A DNA stretch of 63,979 bases, counting the filler, from Perkinsus olseni (taxonomy: Eukaryota), in assembly GCA_013115125.1 (NCBI GenBank). It is 3 parts of 3 records of this genome, joined end to end, with 100 filler letters (N's around TTAATTAATTAA, not from the genome) between each part and the next. Parts side by side here need not be neighbours in the genome. Positions count along the whole stretch, not along the records: positions 1 to 23,460 come from JABANN010000521.1; positions 23,561 to 46,996 come from JABANN010000522.1; 1 more part is not named here. One strand, written 5' to 3'. This document shows, piece by piece, positions 10,872-23,616 of this stretch. The notes under the pieces were generated by a model, which made no database searches, had not been told where the DNA came from, and saw only the letters and a program-made list of their open reading frames with translations. Position 1 is the first letter of the stretch; the number at the start of each line of letters is the position of its first letter. The position numbers and the translations under genes were made by a program.

Positions 10872-11620
10872 TTGAAGTATAAATTGAATATACTGGGCGC
10901 CATAATTGATGGCAGACGGGGCAACGAAGGCCATATTCAGAGGCGCATAAAGCTCGCGGGGCAAAGAATGGCAAGACTGCATGATATCGGATATGATATC
11001 ATGATATCTGCATGGAGCTCGCATGATATCAGCCTGAGACAGAAGTTTATTATTCTCTGGAGTGTGGTATTCTCGGTACTGCTGTACGCAAGTGAATGCC
11101 TGGCCCTCAGCCAACGTGAAATCGAGAGGTATTGTACGTTCTACAACAAATGCATAAGGAGGGTGTTAAGAATATCGCCATTGTCGCATACCACCAACCG
11201 CGAAATTTGGAGTAGATCTGGCTGCCCCGATTGTCACATAGTCCTTAGGATGCGTCGCTTGCGTTGGTACGGCCATATCCTTAGAGCTTCCCCTGCATCT
11301 TTAGTGAACAGACTACTGCTTTGGGATCCGGCATATCACTTGGGAGCTCAGATAAGCAGCAGAAGGAGAAGAGGATGGATAGATATCATTGCAGAGGATT
11401 TAAGAGCGGCGAACCTCTCGAAAGTCAATGCCCAGGATAGAAGTTTGTGGGAGAGGAGAATCAAAGCCCTGAGAGTCAAGTGAAGGCAAAAAAAACTCAG
11501 CCCAGTGCTGGTCTCCTGTGCTGAGTTGCTCGACCTGAGCACCCCGACCTTATAAACAGCCAACTCCCTGCCGGTTGTTGGTCTGTCGCCTTGCCGAAAA
11601 CGGCCCAGAGAGAGAGAGAG
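10872..11620 (+). mobile_element. 5'-truncated RTE-clade non-LTR retrotransposon (C-terminal ORF part, 3' UTR, (AG)n tail)
   Basis: ORF 10872-11483 contains ILGAII, IQRRIKLA, VLLYASEC, CIRRVLRI, RRLRWYGHILR, WIDIIAEDL and AQDRSLW, typical of the RTE post-RT region. An AG microsatellite at about 11607-11620 ends the element. Confidence 0.92.
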
Positions 11621-11705
11621 TTACCATACTTGCTCAGGCCCACCGATTAATGTAACTAACTCGTTTGCACACAATTATCCGAAATGAATAAACTCACTGA
11701 ACACA

Positions 11706-13991
11706 TCAGAAGCTGTCCTTCAACAACCTAACTTGAGCGAACACATCACTCAAGTCGTGTGCCTGAGTGTTAGTCAGCTCAGCAGCACGCTCTTGAATGG
11801 CTTCATCGTCAACCCTCAGGAAAGGATTGCACAGCAGCTCGTCAGCCAACATGGACGGTACCTGATGCAAAACGAATTTCGAATATGGATAAAATACGCA
11901 GCTAGCCTAGCGACGGGCTTAGCCTGAGCTAGGATTCAAAGTGACTAAAAATTCTGGTTGGTTTTCTTTACTCGATGAACATAAAATTTGCGCCAAAACA
12001 AAACTTCTGCTATTTGAGATAAAATGAATCATAAGCGTCATCATAAGTTATGATGACACAAGCTTCTGTCATCGATAGTAGACGATAGGAATCATTCTTG
12101 ACGAAGCGCTATCTCCCTTCCCGAATTACCGTAGCCTCTCCTCTACCTCGCATCTCGGTAATGACATCACTTGCCGTCTTCAAACACTCATTGGTGGGGT
12201 CCACATAACGGGCAAATTTCCTGAAAGAAATCCCGAAAAAAGCGTATCGAAGATCCGTCAGGTCGCTATTGATCTACTGATCAATCGCAGTCATCAGAAA
12301 GTTGGTAATCCCAGTGAGTCAGTCTCAGATCCATCAACCTGTTGGTCTGACTGCACTTCAACGACAAGCAAGCACCGGTCCTTCAACGATGATCCAAAAA
12401 TAGGAATAAGCCGCCAAGACGACACACGACGAACTAGCTTACGCGTTCGATTGCGAATATTCATGGGCACAGAACACAACGGTATCCTTCGGCAAGCCGC
12501 GTATCTTCTGCAAGGTCGACCAGAACTGGCCTTTGGTACCTGCGGGACACAATTTCGTGGCGCGCGGTAAAACCGTTGAAGGAATTTTCACCTTCAAACA
12601 TGCGGCCGCAGCCGAGCACAAACAAGGTATCTCCGCAAAAGAATGCGTTAGCCTCGGGGAAGTGGTATCCTGAGGTTGACTCTCGTAAGATACGGAACAG
12701 GTCAGGGTGCGCCCCTCCCTACCAACATGGCCTCGGGTATGGCCAGGCAGATCATATACCTTCACAGTCAAGTCGCCAAATTTGAATTCGTCGCCCCCCT
12801 CGATCGCCTTATCCAGTCCTGAGAAAGAAGAAGAAATCTATGCGTAAGGTGATAGGTGAGAATCCTGTTCACATGCACGCCTCACAGAGGTTCACCCAGG
12901 ACGAGCATGCTCAACCACAAGATACCTCCAACTGTATAAAAACGCTGTAACTTTGAGAACTACACGGAAGAGAATTGCGAAGATCCAAGCTTTGGAACGT
13001 CCGCCTCAGGAGTGGATCGAACCCGGGTCGCACGGCCGTCAGCAAGCTCACCATCGATTTGGCCATCACGCCCGGGTCCAATGATTTTGCAATGAGTCGC
13101 CGCTTTGATCTCCTTGTTGCCACCAGTATGGTCCCAATGGTGGTGAGTGTTGAGGATAAAGTCAACACTGAAAGGAAATATATTTTCGAGCGCACCCGCG
13201 AACTGCGAGGCCCGGGAACCTTCAAGGACAAACATTCGTCCGGGAATGGTCCGAGGTTGATCAGACAGATACCACACATCACATCTCGTGTGCCCTGCCA
13301 CCCGGAGAAGGAGATATCAACTTGTATCAATTCTGGGAGACATAAGATTCAAAAGTCGAAAAGAACAGATAAACCGCAAACGATTATCGAGCCGCGCTGA
13401 ATGGAACTAAGACGTTGCACGTAGCAGTCTGAAAACTCGGGAAAATGTGGTATGAGGAAAACACGAAAAACCTCTTCACCATCACGGTTAAACTGCACTG
13501 GAATCTTTCTACCCGTCGTCGGCGAGGATCGACTTAAGATACCAATTCCATCAGAGATCATCCCACCTATGCACTACCGTCCATCATAATTCGCTTTCAG
13601 TTCTCTCAGGAGCGGCCCGGCCTCAGGGGTGTCCACCAAACCAATGGTTCCGGTCTGAGGAAGAACAAGCAAAAATTTTCGGCGGGAAAATCTTGCAAAT
13701 TTCCCAGGTAAATCTTCCGAAAAACTCCACGAAACTCGCAAGATATTACCTTAGGGCAGCGAAGAATCCAACCATAGTTGTCCTTTAGACAGGGTACGCG
13801 TTTAATTTCGAGGCGCGGTGACGGAATCTTCGCTGAAAAAAGTACACAAAGACGATGGAAAACCCCCGCTCAGTAAACCAATCATGCCAATCAGAACCCC
13901 TTCTACAGCTCGATTTCTCACACGAAAATCCGGGAATTGATCCAGAGCCCCGGCCTTCAAGAAATTTCGTCGCAATACACTGCAGTTTCAT
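11706..13991 (-). CDS. HAGH: Hydroxyacylglutathione hydrolase (glyoxalase II), multi-exon; start codon uncertain
   Basis: Exons encode VPCLKDNYGWIL, ILNTHHHWDHTGGN, LPGHTRGHV, FCGDTLFVLGCGRMFEG, VFCAHEYSQSN, ELLCNPFLR and VFAQVRLLKDSF* (stop at 11706-11708). Confidence 0.93.
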
Positions 13992-14901
13992 CCGTGATAC
14001 GTGAAACGCCGTTTTTCGGAGAGGGGAAATCGCGAAAATCGCGCTGTTGCTGGCTCAGCGCTTTCCGCATTCCAAGATCGATCTGGAAAGCAAAATGTGT
14101 CTTTGAGTACACCGAGAGTGCTTCAGTTTTGCCTCACGATCGGGGGAAATAATTGGGAAAAAAGAAACTTCGGAGTTGAATTTTCGACGCTATCGAACTT
14201 GACTGGTCTTCTGAGTTTCGCCGCTCAACTTTCATTCCGCGGACATCCAAGCTGATGGTTACGCGAGGAGTTCACGAAATAACGATGGGGATGTTTGTTG
14301 ATTGCATTTCATATATCATCAATAACTAGTATCAATTTATTTGAAACTTACTAGGGTCGACCTAAGATACCCCAAACCTTACCAAGAGCAGCATCTCCGT
14401 ATAAGAACTTTCGACCAGCGCTTTGCATCATTAATAAAAGATTCACTTCAACTGATACTCATATCGACCCACCTTCAACCTAAGTGGTCTATCGAGGTCC
14501 AACAACAGCGTCACAATCAATAATTTCGTGGCGCGTGACGTTTTTTCGACGCTAGTGCTTCGGAACAACACTACACCGTGGCTTTGTGTATCCTCAAATC
14601 GTCAGATATTGATTTTCGAGAAATCACGTACCGTGTAACGTATCGAGCTGGTATACCTTGCCCGGAAATTTTCAGATTTTTTAGTGAATTTTCAGAATTT
14701 TCCGTAAATTTTCTTTCGTATTTTTCCCATATATCTTGCGTTCTGTCATTAACAAAAACTAAAAATTGAGGATATGTTCGATGAACTGATCGTGAAACTA
14801 AAAATTCACTCTAGGGCCGAATTCCGCGTGTAAAATTCAATTCCAGAATCGATTTTTTTCAGAATTATTCACCGAAATTTTCAGAGATATTTACAATTTT
14901 T

Positions 14902-17900
14902 ATGATTCTCTCAACCCCTGTTGGCACTCCAGAATCCTCAGTTTCCACTCGGGCCTCTCTCGCCGAATCACTGCTGCCCATCACTTCTAAGGAGCATCAC
15001 AAAGACCCGACTGATCTCTCTGGCGTTGGACCAGCGTAAGTTTCGGCTTTTTTCCCGAAAATTTCCGGAAATTCTCGGAAATTTTCATTTATTGGTGTGA
15101 AAACCCTAGAATTTCCTTTTTCTAGTCACTCGTTAGTATTGGTCCCTGAGAAAACAGAAATGGTGAATTTGAATCGCGTAGAGTGCGGCAGTCACCGGAA
15201 GTATACATAACAACTTTCCCCAGAAATTCAAGTTTTCGAAAATTTTTCGTGAAATTTTCCGAGTCGCTTATTCGCAGAATTGGTCAGCGTAAAAATGCTT
15301 TTCATTTTATCAGTTTCTCATTCTCACGGAACCGTTTTCTCAGATACTCGGTGATGGCAAAGACGTTGGTTGGCAGCGGCATGATGGGCATTGCCTTTGC
15401 CGCTACGCAATTCGGTGAGTTTGGGTTTGACGGAATTTGATTCTCTTCAATCTCGGAAATTGTTAATCCCTCAATGAATCGGATGGGCTCGTTCGATTGG
15501 TGATAGTTTTTTTGCGATTTTCGGAAAATTTGGCGTCATGATTTTTCTCGCGGTTAGACCTCGTTTTTGAGAAGGGTTCGAGAAATGGTTTAAATTTCCC
15601 GAAAAATCAACCTCTCTTACCGACCCTATTTCTCATAGAATCTGGCGCGACCACTGTGAGTTTATTCGACCGTGAAATTTTTCCGAATTTTTCCTTTTTT
15701 TCAGGTGTCATTTTCGCCGCCGTCTTTTGTATCTTCGCGGGAGTTGCCAGTTGGTTCTCCCTTTACCTCATGTCTTACATCGCGCAAGGTTACGATTCGA
15801 AGACATACGGTATGATGTCCTTCTTCAACGTCACGAGTCTGGTCAACCCTAGGATACGCTGGTAGGTCTGGATCGGTGGTTCACTTGCTCTCTTGCAATT
15901 CCTCAACGCCGTGAGACATGCGGCATCGAAATTCACTGAGTAAATATGTCATCCGAGTTTGACAGTGGGCATTGGAAATTCCGGAAATTTAGTGATTCGT
16001 TTCCTGTGGGATTTTTTTTGTCATGGAAAATTCGGGCAGGCGGAAAAATTTTACCCTTCAAAGTTACCATATTTTCCGCTCGAAAACTTTCAGTAGGTTC
16101 TCTTAAGCATAATCGTATTTTGGTTTTTTTTCCGAGTCCGCATGGTTATCAATCGGAAAATATTTTCCACTTTTAATTAGAAAACGGTTTTCTTTCTTTG
16201 GAGACGCCTGCCTGTTGGAATCATCGAATTACTCTTTTTTGGTTCTCAAATTTTCTTCCAAAAAATTCTTTTTTTCCGTTTCTCAGGTTGGTGGACTTAT
16301 CGGTGGTTATCAAAGGCCTGGGTGCATCAGTCGGCTTTCTTCTCATCGCGGGTACTCTATTCGCTGCGATTATCGAAGATACCCACCCCATTGGGTTGGC
16401 TCCTGAAACTCTGAAACGGCTGGTCATCGTCGCGGTCGTTGTGATACTGTCTCCCGTTATTTATGCTCATCGTTTGACTACCACAAGGTGAGGAGAAGGG
16501 AAATTTGCGGGAAATTTTCTGATTTTTCGGAAAAAAATCGACGTGGACGTGGATTTTTTGTGAATCGCTATTTTATTCTTGTCTTAATGATTCAGAGCTG
16601 TTCTTCGATTTACCAGTCGGAAAATTTTTCCCTAGCGTGATCATTATTTAGTTCCTCTTAGGTTCACCAACGCCTTCGGTCTGGTGTCACTTGGATATCT
16701 TGCAATCTTGGCAATCCTCTACGCTCGGCCATCCCTCGACTCCGCCTCCCTGTGGCCCGTATCGTTGGTGGGCATGCTTGCAAGATTCCCGGTCTTCATG
16801 TTCGCTTTCCTCTGCCATCACAATTTTTTCCAAGTCGCCGAGGAAATGCCGAAAGTTTCGATTCGGAAATTGAATTTTGTGAGCGTGAGTGCGGTGACCA
16901 CTGGTTTGGTTATCTTCTTACCGACGATGATACTGCCCTATATGACGTATGGTGAGGATGTTGGAGGTAATCGATCGTCAGGGCGTGCGCTTTTGTGAAT
17001 GGAGGTGTTGTCATTTTTTCAGCGAATTTCCTAACGTCGATGCCGGTGAGTGATGTTTCGATAAAGATCGCTTATGTTGCGGCAGCACTTTCGGTAAGTC
17101 GACCCGCGTGTTTGGCAAGAGAAAAGATCTTCTTGTGCGTGCGTTGTAGAATCTTGTTGAGCGAGGTCGTTCGATTATATTCGTGTTGTAGAGTATCTTT
17201 TTGACCTAGGTTGAGCGTGCTTGTGGCAAGTAAAAAGATTCATTTTTCTCAGGTGAGCTTCTCGCTGCCGTTGACGATTCATCCGAGTCGGCGAAGCGTC
17301 GAACTTTTGATTTACCACGGGAAGCCTCCGACTTGCGACAAGGCCGAGAGCAGGCTCAGGTGAGTAATCGAAAGGTCCCTGGTTCGAACCCCGGCGACGC
17401 TATTTTTCAGATTTATTACTACTACGGTTATGCTGCTTTGTGTGGTGCTACTCTCGTTCGTCGTTACGTCGTTGGGCACGGTATTTGAGTTTGTGGGGCT
17501 GATCTGCGGCAACCTGCTGTGCTTTGTGATGCCAAGCTACCTGTATTGCAAGTTCTTCTATTCAGACAGGCACACAATCGCGGGATGGAAACGATGGTAA
17601 TATTGGAAGCGGAAGGTCGTGGGGTTCTATCCTGAATATTCTCATTTTAAGTCGTGCTGGAAAATTTTTGCTCGATTTACAGGTTTGGCGTTTATTTTTC
17701 CGGTACTGCTTTCGTTTTTTTGTTTCGAATGAAATTAGCTACACAAATTTCTTGCTTTTGCGTTTCGGTTGCCACGTTTCAGTTAGCCCCTGGTTCCTGG
17801 TTCGATCCTCGGGGGGTGTAATTTTACTGCAGTTTTTCAAGGTACTGGAGCGCCTTCATGTTCGTGTGCTCACTACTACTCTACCCCGTCAGTCTCACTG

Positions 17901-17935
17901 CTATCATCTACGAAACTATCAACGGAAATAATTAA
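14902..17935 (+). CDS. Amino acid transporter (Aa_trans/AAAP, SLC38-like), multi-exon
   Basis: Exons encode AKTLVGSGMMGIAFA, FPVFMFAFLCHHNFFQV, PYMTYGEDV, VSFSLPLTIHPSRRS and LGTVFEFVGLICGNLLCFVMPSYLY. It has many TM segments and GT-AG introns. Confidence 0.88.
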
Positions 17936-18099
17936 ACTTTTATAATTTTCCAGAAAAAAGTTGCTATTCATCCGTCGAAAAAGAGTGACAGAAAAAATTC
18001 TCACTCTCGTATTTTTCATGAAGAAATTTTGGAAATATTTATTTTGTTCTAATTTTCTCTGTTGTAGTCGAGGATTGTCTCCAGCCAGTCCACTGGAGG

Positions 18100-21000
18100 G
18101 GGTTCGATTCAGCGAATATTTTCTTCTATCCGCATTTGTACTGTCATCGAAGCTTCCCGGTGGAGAACGTTCTATTGGTCGTTTCATTCGGTAGAGGGCC
18201 TTTGGTTGGTTCAATGGTTGGGGGAGGGGCGAGCGAGCTGAGGTTGGGAAGAATCTGTTTTTAAGAGGAGTTGCACGGTAGTGACTGGCTTGATCGTGCT
18301 GAGGGACGTGGCGAATGCAGCATGTACCGTACGAGGGAAGGTTCTATCGGTATAATAGAGAGGGGGAAAGCATTGATGGCAACGATTGGAGAAAGTTTTG
18401 AAGGCCACTGTTGTGTATTATTGGCGTGACAGTCGATGCCCGTTGTGCTGAGAGTTGTGGCGATTGTACCGCGGTACAAAGCGATATCATTAAGGACTGT
18501 CATTAAGAATTGATCGTTATTGAGGGAACACTTATGACATATGCTCGAAATCAACATTATATAATCTTTAGTTATTATTAGTCCTCGTTATTATCTTCTA
18601 GGTAATGATAGATACACCATTAATGTGTCGGACGCACGGCATACGCCAGTGAGAAAGTCCTTAGGAAGATATCCCAACAACTTTCAAACCATCATTGTGG
18701 CAATGAGATCATCACATTCTTATTGTGTACCCACCGAAGGTCCACCCAAAATTAGAAGAAAAATACCATTAATTTGGTATATAATCTCTATGTACTTTAG
18801 TATTATTATTTAAGGATGATCCTATCATCATGATAGTACTTATGAAGAGCCCATAAATATTACAGTTTCAATGTGAAAACAGGTATATATAAGGGAAGCT
18901 TCAGCTGTTGGTCTTCCGTTTGTTGTATTGTAAAGGCATGCCGCCTGAGGTACATAAGTCTTAGCTTTCCCTCGTCGTTGGTTATGGCCTCCTCGTCGTT
19001 GAAGCAGCAGAGCCGTTCGTTGGTGCTCTTGGAGGACTTGAAAGTAGTACTGGGGTAATGGGCATTTTCTGCCGAACGAAGGTCGCTGAGAAGTCACTGA
19101 AGGGGACCAGAGACGTTGGTGGAGTGATTCATCTTTGTTGACGTGGACTGGTAAAGAAAGGCGTAGAATTGCTGATGTACTTTCTCGCTCGCAATTTTTT
19201 CCGAATTTTCCGATCCATATGGTAAGGAACTTCGTTCCAAACGATTTCGTTTTTTGTAATTTTATCAAGTTGACTTTGATCAGAATCGGCAAGTGGCGGA
19301 GGGGCGGTTGTCGTCGCTACTGCAGGATTGCATGCCGGCGAGGCGGGTCACGGTTCGGTCTGGATCTAGACGACAAGTAGGTTCACTATCATCGAGTGAC
19401 GCTCGCTGGGGTAGTATTGAATATTGCCATATGCAAATTCCCCGCTCTTCGACCGATCGATTGTTTGAGCTTATCATTTGCTGTTGAGCTCCAAGCTCAA
19501 CGATAAGGATGAGGGTTGATCGAGTAGGTTGAGAGAAAAGGGAAGATAGAAGGGACATCACAATTGTTCTTCTCTCGAGCCGTGCGAAAACTATTTTTTG
19601 TTTACTTTTAGTTGGGCTCACGATGCGAGATAGTTTCAGGAGTGGCAAATTTCGGGAAATTTGGGAAAATTTTTGGTAATTTTTGGCAGGTACAATTTCG
19701 TCAATTATCACCAGCGGTCGTTGGACTGGTTGCGACTATGGTAGTGTATCTTGCAGCGGCCAGAAGAGGACATACGATTGGGGAAGAGTAGTAGTGGCGG
19801 ATGGATTTGGTTTGAATACTCGATAGACATGATCCATCATACGTCGAGCCAGTGGAGATAGCTTGTAAATAACGGAGTTTCGGCCGTGATGCGTGAAGTG
19901 CAGCTTTTCGTGTGGCGGAAAGTCCTTCGGATTTGGATTGGGTCCATTCTTGAGTCCATGGATCCAGGGATTGAATTCTTTGGGTTCAACCCGTTGTGGA
20001 AGATGGTTTCAATCCGCGTGGCAAGAGTGTCAGCGAGACTTTTTTTCTTGCAACGGTGGTATTATTCTGATTCTCCTAATTTTGTTATCGTATTTTGGGT
20101 CTTCGTTTTGCTTAGATCACTTTCGCGGAATTCGGGTGGAACGCACTCTTATTGCAATTTTATTGTGAAATTCCCGATTTTTCCGGAAATTTTTCCTTTT
20201 TTTTCAGATATTCAGAAACTCTGTCGCTGAAGAAGCGAAACGGTCGGCTAGGCGCACTTGGTGCGACCGACCGAATGAAGCAGTTGATGCTGCAAGTGAC
20301 AAACCGATCGCCATCCTTTTTGGCTGAATCGCGGTCCTTGTAGGTTGTTTTACCGTTTTTCGTCACGCGCCCGAAAATTGCCAAGTCGTTTTTGGACTTC
20401 GTCTTCTCTGGGAGATATCCGAAGATTGGTGGCGTGGAGAAGTTTTCAGGTAGGTACTTTTGTAGCGCGCGGTCGCGGAAAATTTCCTTATTCTCTACAA
20501 TAGAGACTATCATCGCTAAGAAACGCGTTGAACGAGCCATGCGCAACACGGTGAAGAACGCCGTTGTTGAGATGTTTTACGCGATGTCGTTGTAGTTGAG
20601 GTTAATGCGTCGGAATTGCGGAACTGTGCGGGATTGATGGTGACTCGTTTCAGGGGATCTTTGTTCGTTAGCTCCGCTGGTCTACAAGCTCAATTTGGCG
20701 TGTTTTTATGCTGGTTGTGGTAGGAGGTATCTTAGTGACCAGGTAATAAGGGTTTTGCATGGCTTTTGAGTGGTACAAGCTCCGTGAGTTCGATTCATGT
20801 AATCTTGGAGAAGTAATTTGAGCAGAAGTGACGCAGCTTGTGGAGCGTGTTTTTACCACCTAGTGTGGGCGTGGTTTCATTTTGGATTTTGATTAGATTC
20901 TCGCTGCGATTTCAGAAAATCGGTGCGAGTTTTACGCGGTTGATGCGATGTTACTGAAAATGCGATTCTTAGTTGTACCAAAATGGGTGTTGGGTATTAT

Positions 21001-22560
21001 GAGGTTGATTCAGATCCTCGGTATTTCTCGTGTGAGCCTATCGTCAACAACAACAGCAGCGGCAGGTGGCAGGGAGAGCTACGAGGATGGGGGTATCTTC
21101 TATCCAAGCTTGGCTCTCATCACCATTGGTAGGTCGACCTCTTGTCGCGCGTATCTTTAGGAAGTATCTTTTGTCTACCATCGTACGATTAACTCTTCTC
21201 TCTCGCTCGCGAATTAGTCTTGTATTGTGGGACGTAGAAATTACAACGGCGGCGTTAGCTCGATCAGTGATACAAATATCGGAAAGATATTTTCTCTCAT
21301 TCGGACAAGTTGGTTGGCGAGGATGATACGCTGATAGTTTATCAATCAGCCATTGCTTGTCCACATCCTGAACAGAGCTGAGTTTTTTCGCTGAATCATA
21401 AGTCGGGTTGAACTGCTCGGAAAGGTGCGTGTTTGTGAGTTTTAGCTTCAACAACGGTAAGTCCGGCTCATCTGAGCTCTCCAAGATATGCTTATCCGCT
21501 GTAGGCTTTCTGAGGAGATTGATTCACTATAAGAAACGGTTAATCTATATATCAAGGAATCCAACGCTTCAAAATGTACAGGCTGCTCCAATTCGTTATG
21601 TAAATCGCGAAAATCGAGATTTCACCGCTGGGAGGAAGTATTTAGACATCTCTTCAGTACATCTCTTTGAGATACATGTGTGGTCTAAGTTTGATGCCTA
21701 AATACTTCCTACCAGAGGTGGAATCTCAATTTCCGCGATTCACATAACGAATTGGAACACCCTGTATTCCACCCAACTCTCAAATTCAAACGCTTTCTGT
21801 GAACGGAAACACCCTCGTTTGCCTTCGATTTGCCTGAAAGAACGCACGCTCCTTACCAGATGGTTTGTAAACAGTAGCCATCCAGTGATTGACTCTTGGT
21901 TTGCTGAGTGGATGAATTCAACGGTGTTTTAAGCAGTGTTTGGGTGTCATGTCAGGTACGGTCCTACTGGAGGTGTACGGGAAGTGGTGGAAGGGACGGA
22001 ACTTGGGAGAAGCTGATGTCAGTAAGGTCGGGGTGTGTTGTGGAGACGCCGTGGACGGAGTTTATTTTGTGACTGTTGAAGTTAAGGCGTATCTTTGTCG
22101 TATGTTCACAGCCAAGGTTGGACGTATCTTTTGTAGTGAGTATCTTCTATCTCCTTCAAGGTTGGACGTATCTTTTGTAGTGAGTATCTTCTATCTCCTT
22201 CAAGGTTGGACGTATCTTTCCATTATTAACGTGATTAGTTCGTCGTACAGCTCAACGGCCCTCAGGTGACCCGTCCGCATCGAACGAAGAATGGGAAGAA
22301 TCTTTAGACGCTGGTGGAGAGTTCGACCTACAATACGATAGGTTAACCTGCCTGGTAAAAGATATCTTGTGCGTGCAGGTCGAGTATCTTTGTTAGATAT
22401 GCTACTCTGAGATGCAATCACCGGCTGCCCTCGTTTGCGGTCACATGTTCTGTTGGCGATGTGCTACCGAATGGCTGGAGGAGAGGTCGTCGAGTCTCGA
22501 AGGGTCCCGAGGATGCCCCTTATGTGCGCAACGGTTGATCGGTCCGTGATAGTGTTGTTT
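18100..22560 (-). CDS. Probable multi-exon hypothetical gene or genes; bounds approximate
   Basis: GC-richer open segments (e.g. 21044-21484, about 22235-22350, about 19710-19860) are flanked by minus-strand splice signals between AT-rich spacers. No domain recognised. Confidence 0.35.
21579..21764. mobile_element. Tc1/mariner-type MITE (186 bp) with about 72-bp imperfect TIRs and TA TSD
   Basis: TA|CAGGCTGCTCCAATTCGTTATGTAAATCGCG... pairs with ...CGCGATTCACATAACGAATTGGAACACCCTG|TA. TA is at 21577-78 and 21765-66. Confidence 0.93.
22113..22219. repeat. 44-bp tandem repeat, about 2.4 copies
   Basis: CAAGGTTGGACGTATCTTTTGTAGTGAGTATCTTCTATCTCCTT starts at 22113 and 22157, with a partial copy at 22201. 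Confidence 0.95.
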
Positions 22561-23460
22561 ACGTAACGTGAGTCGTCCGAGTTGTGGCTGCTGTTGTCTT
22601 TTATTCTGCTTATGGTGGTTAACCTTCTATTCTTGCCGTCTTTTACGTAGATTTACAGTAAATCGCTCGCTAATTAGTTACATCTTCTCTTGTTAATTCT
22701 ATTCAGTATCATCTTCCCTTCTCTTCTCAACTCAGTTTCATCGTCCCTTCATTGACTTAAACCCAGTTTCACGTGTAGTTTTCTCTCTGTCAGGTAGAAG
22801 AGCGTGTGAGCCCCAGCAAGTGGTTCCCGTGTTTCACTTCGCCCCGTCACCGAGCGCTGCCAAAGAGAAGCGAAGAGAATCCTTCTGGTCGCTCTTGCCG
22901 TGGGTGACCCGACCTAGCTGACGGCTTTTTTGACATGTGTTATTTGCCAATATCCGACTCTGCAGCATATTAATAACGTTTCACTGCTCAAGAGTTGCTT
23001 CCAGAGTCGTCCGATTAATGACTCAGTCGTTTGGGAGTGTGGGTAAGAACCAACAGGTCGAAAACTCTGCCCGAGAGCTTTAGTACACGCTTAACATTTA
23101 CGAGTTTCCGACCGATAATCTCAGCTTGCCGTATGAAGGCAGAGCGTCGTCTCGTCGGCGATGGAGTCTGCAAGGTTGATAGGAAGACAAGGCGCAGCCG
23201 AAGGCTGCGATGTGTCGGACTATCAACCGGTCAAAACCCGCAGAAATCAGGACGCTTCGGGGACAGCCTCCCCGAACATTGCGGCGCGGGCTCTGTCACA
23301 AAAGAGCAACCGAGCAAACTGGCTGGAAGTGCTGGATTGCTTAATCTTATAGTCGCTGCTACTTTTGCTAGTTTGCTTGAAACGTTTTGTTCCGCGGAGA
23401 AAATACAAACGAGCGAAATGGCAATTTCACTGTTACAAAGGAGCAAATGTTCTGGATTGT

Positions 23461-23560
23461 NNNNNNNNNNNNNNNNNNNNNNNNNNNNNNNNNNNNNNNN
23501 NNNNTTAATTAATTAANNNNNNNNNNNNNNNNNNNNNNNNNNNNNNNNNNNNNNNNNNNN
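23461..23560. other. Assembly gap with artificial six-frame-stop linker
   Basis: N runs flank TTAATTAATTAA (23505-23516). Confidence 0.97.
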
Positions 23561-23616
23561 GGGTTTTACTAATTTGCTCTGGGCTTTATTAAATTGCTCT
23601 GGGGTTTTACTAAGTA

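Noticed and set aside
12125-12140. ACCGTAGCC, resembling the start of the perkinsid/dinoflagellate spliced leader
   Set aside because: Only 9 nt match, and it is the complement of a glyoxalase II exon/donor junction. I saw no full spliced-leader relic by eye.
23461-23560. TTAATTAATTAA palindrome within Ns (also at 47041-47052), and the ORFs ending in ...LIN
   Set aside because: It is an artificial contig linker with stops in all six frames, not biology.
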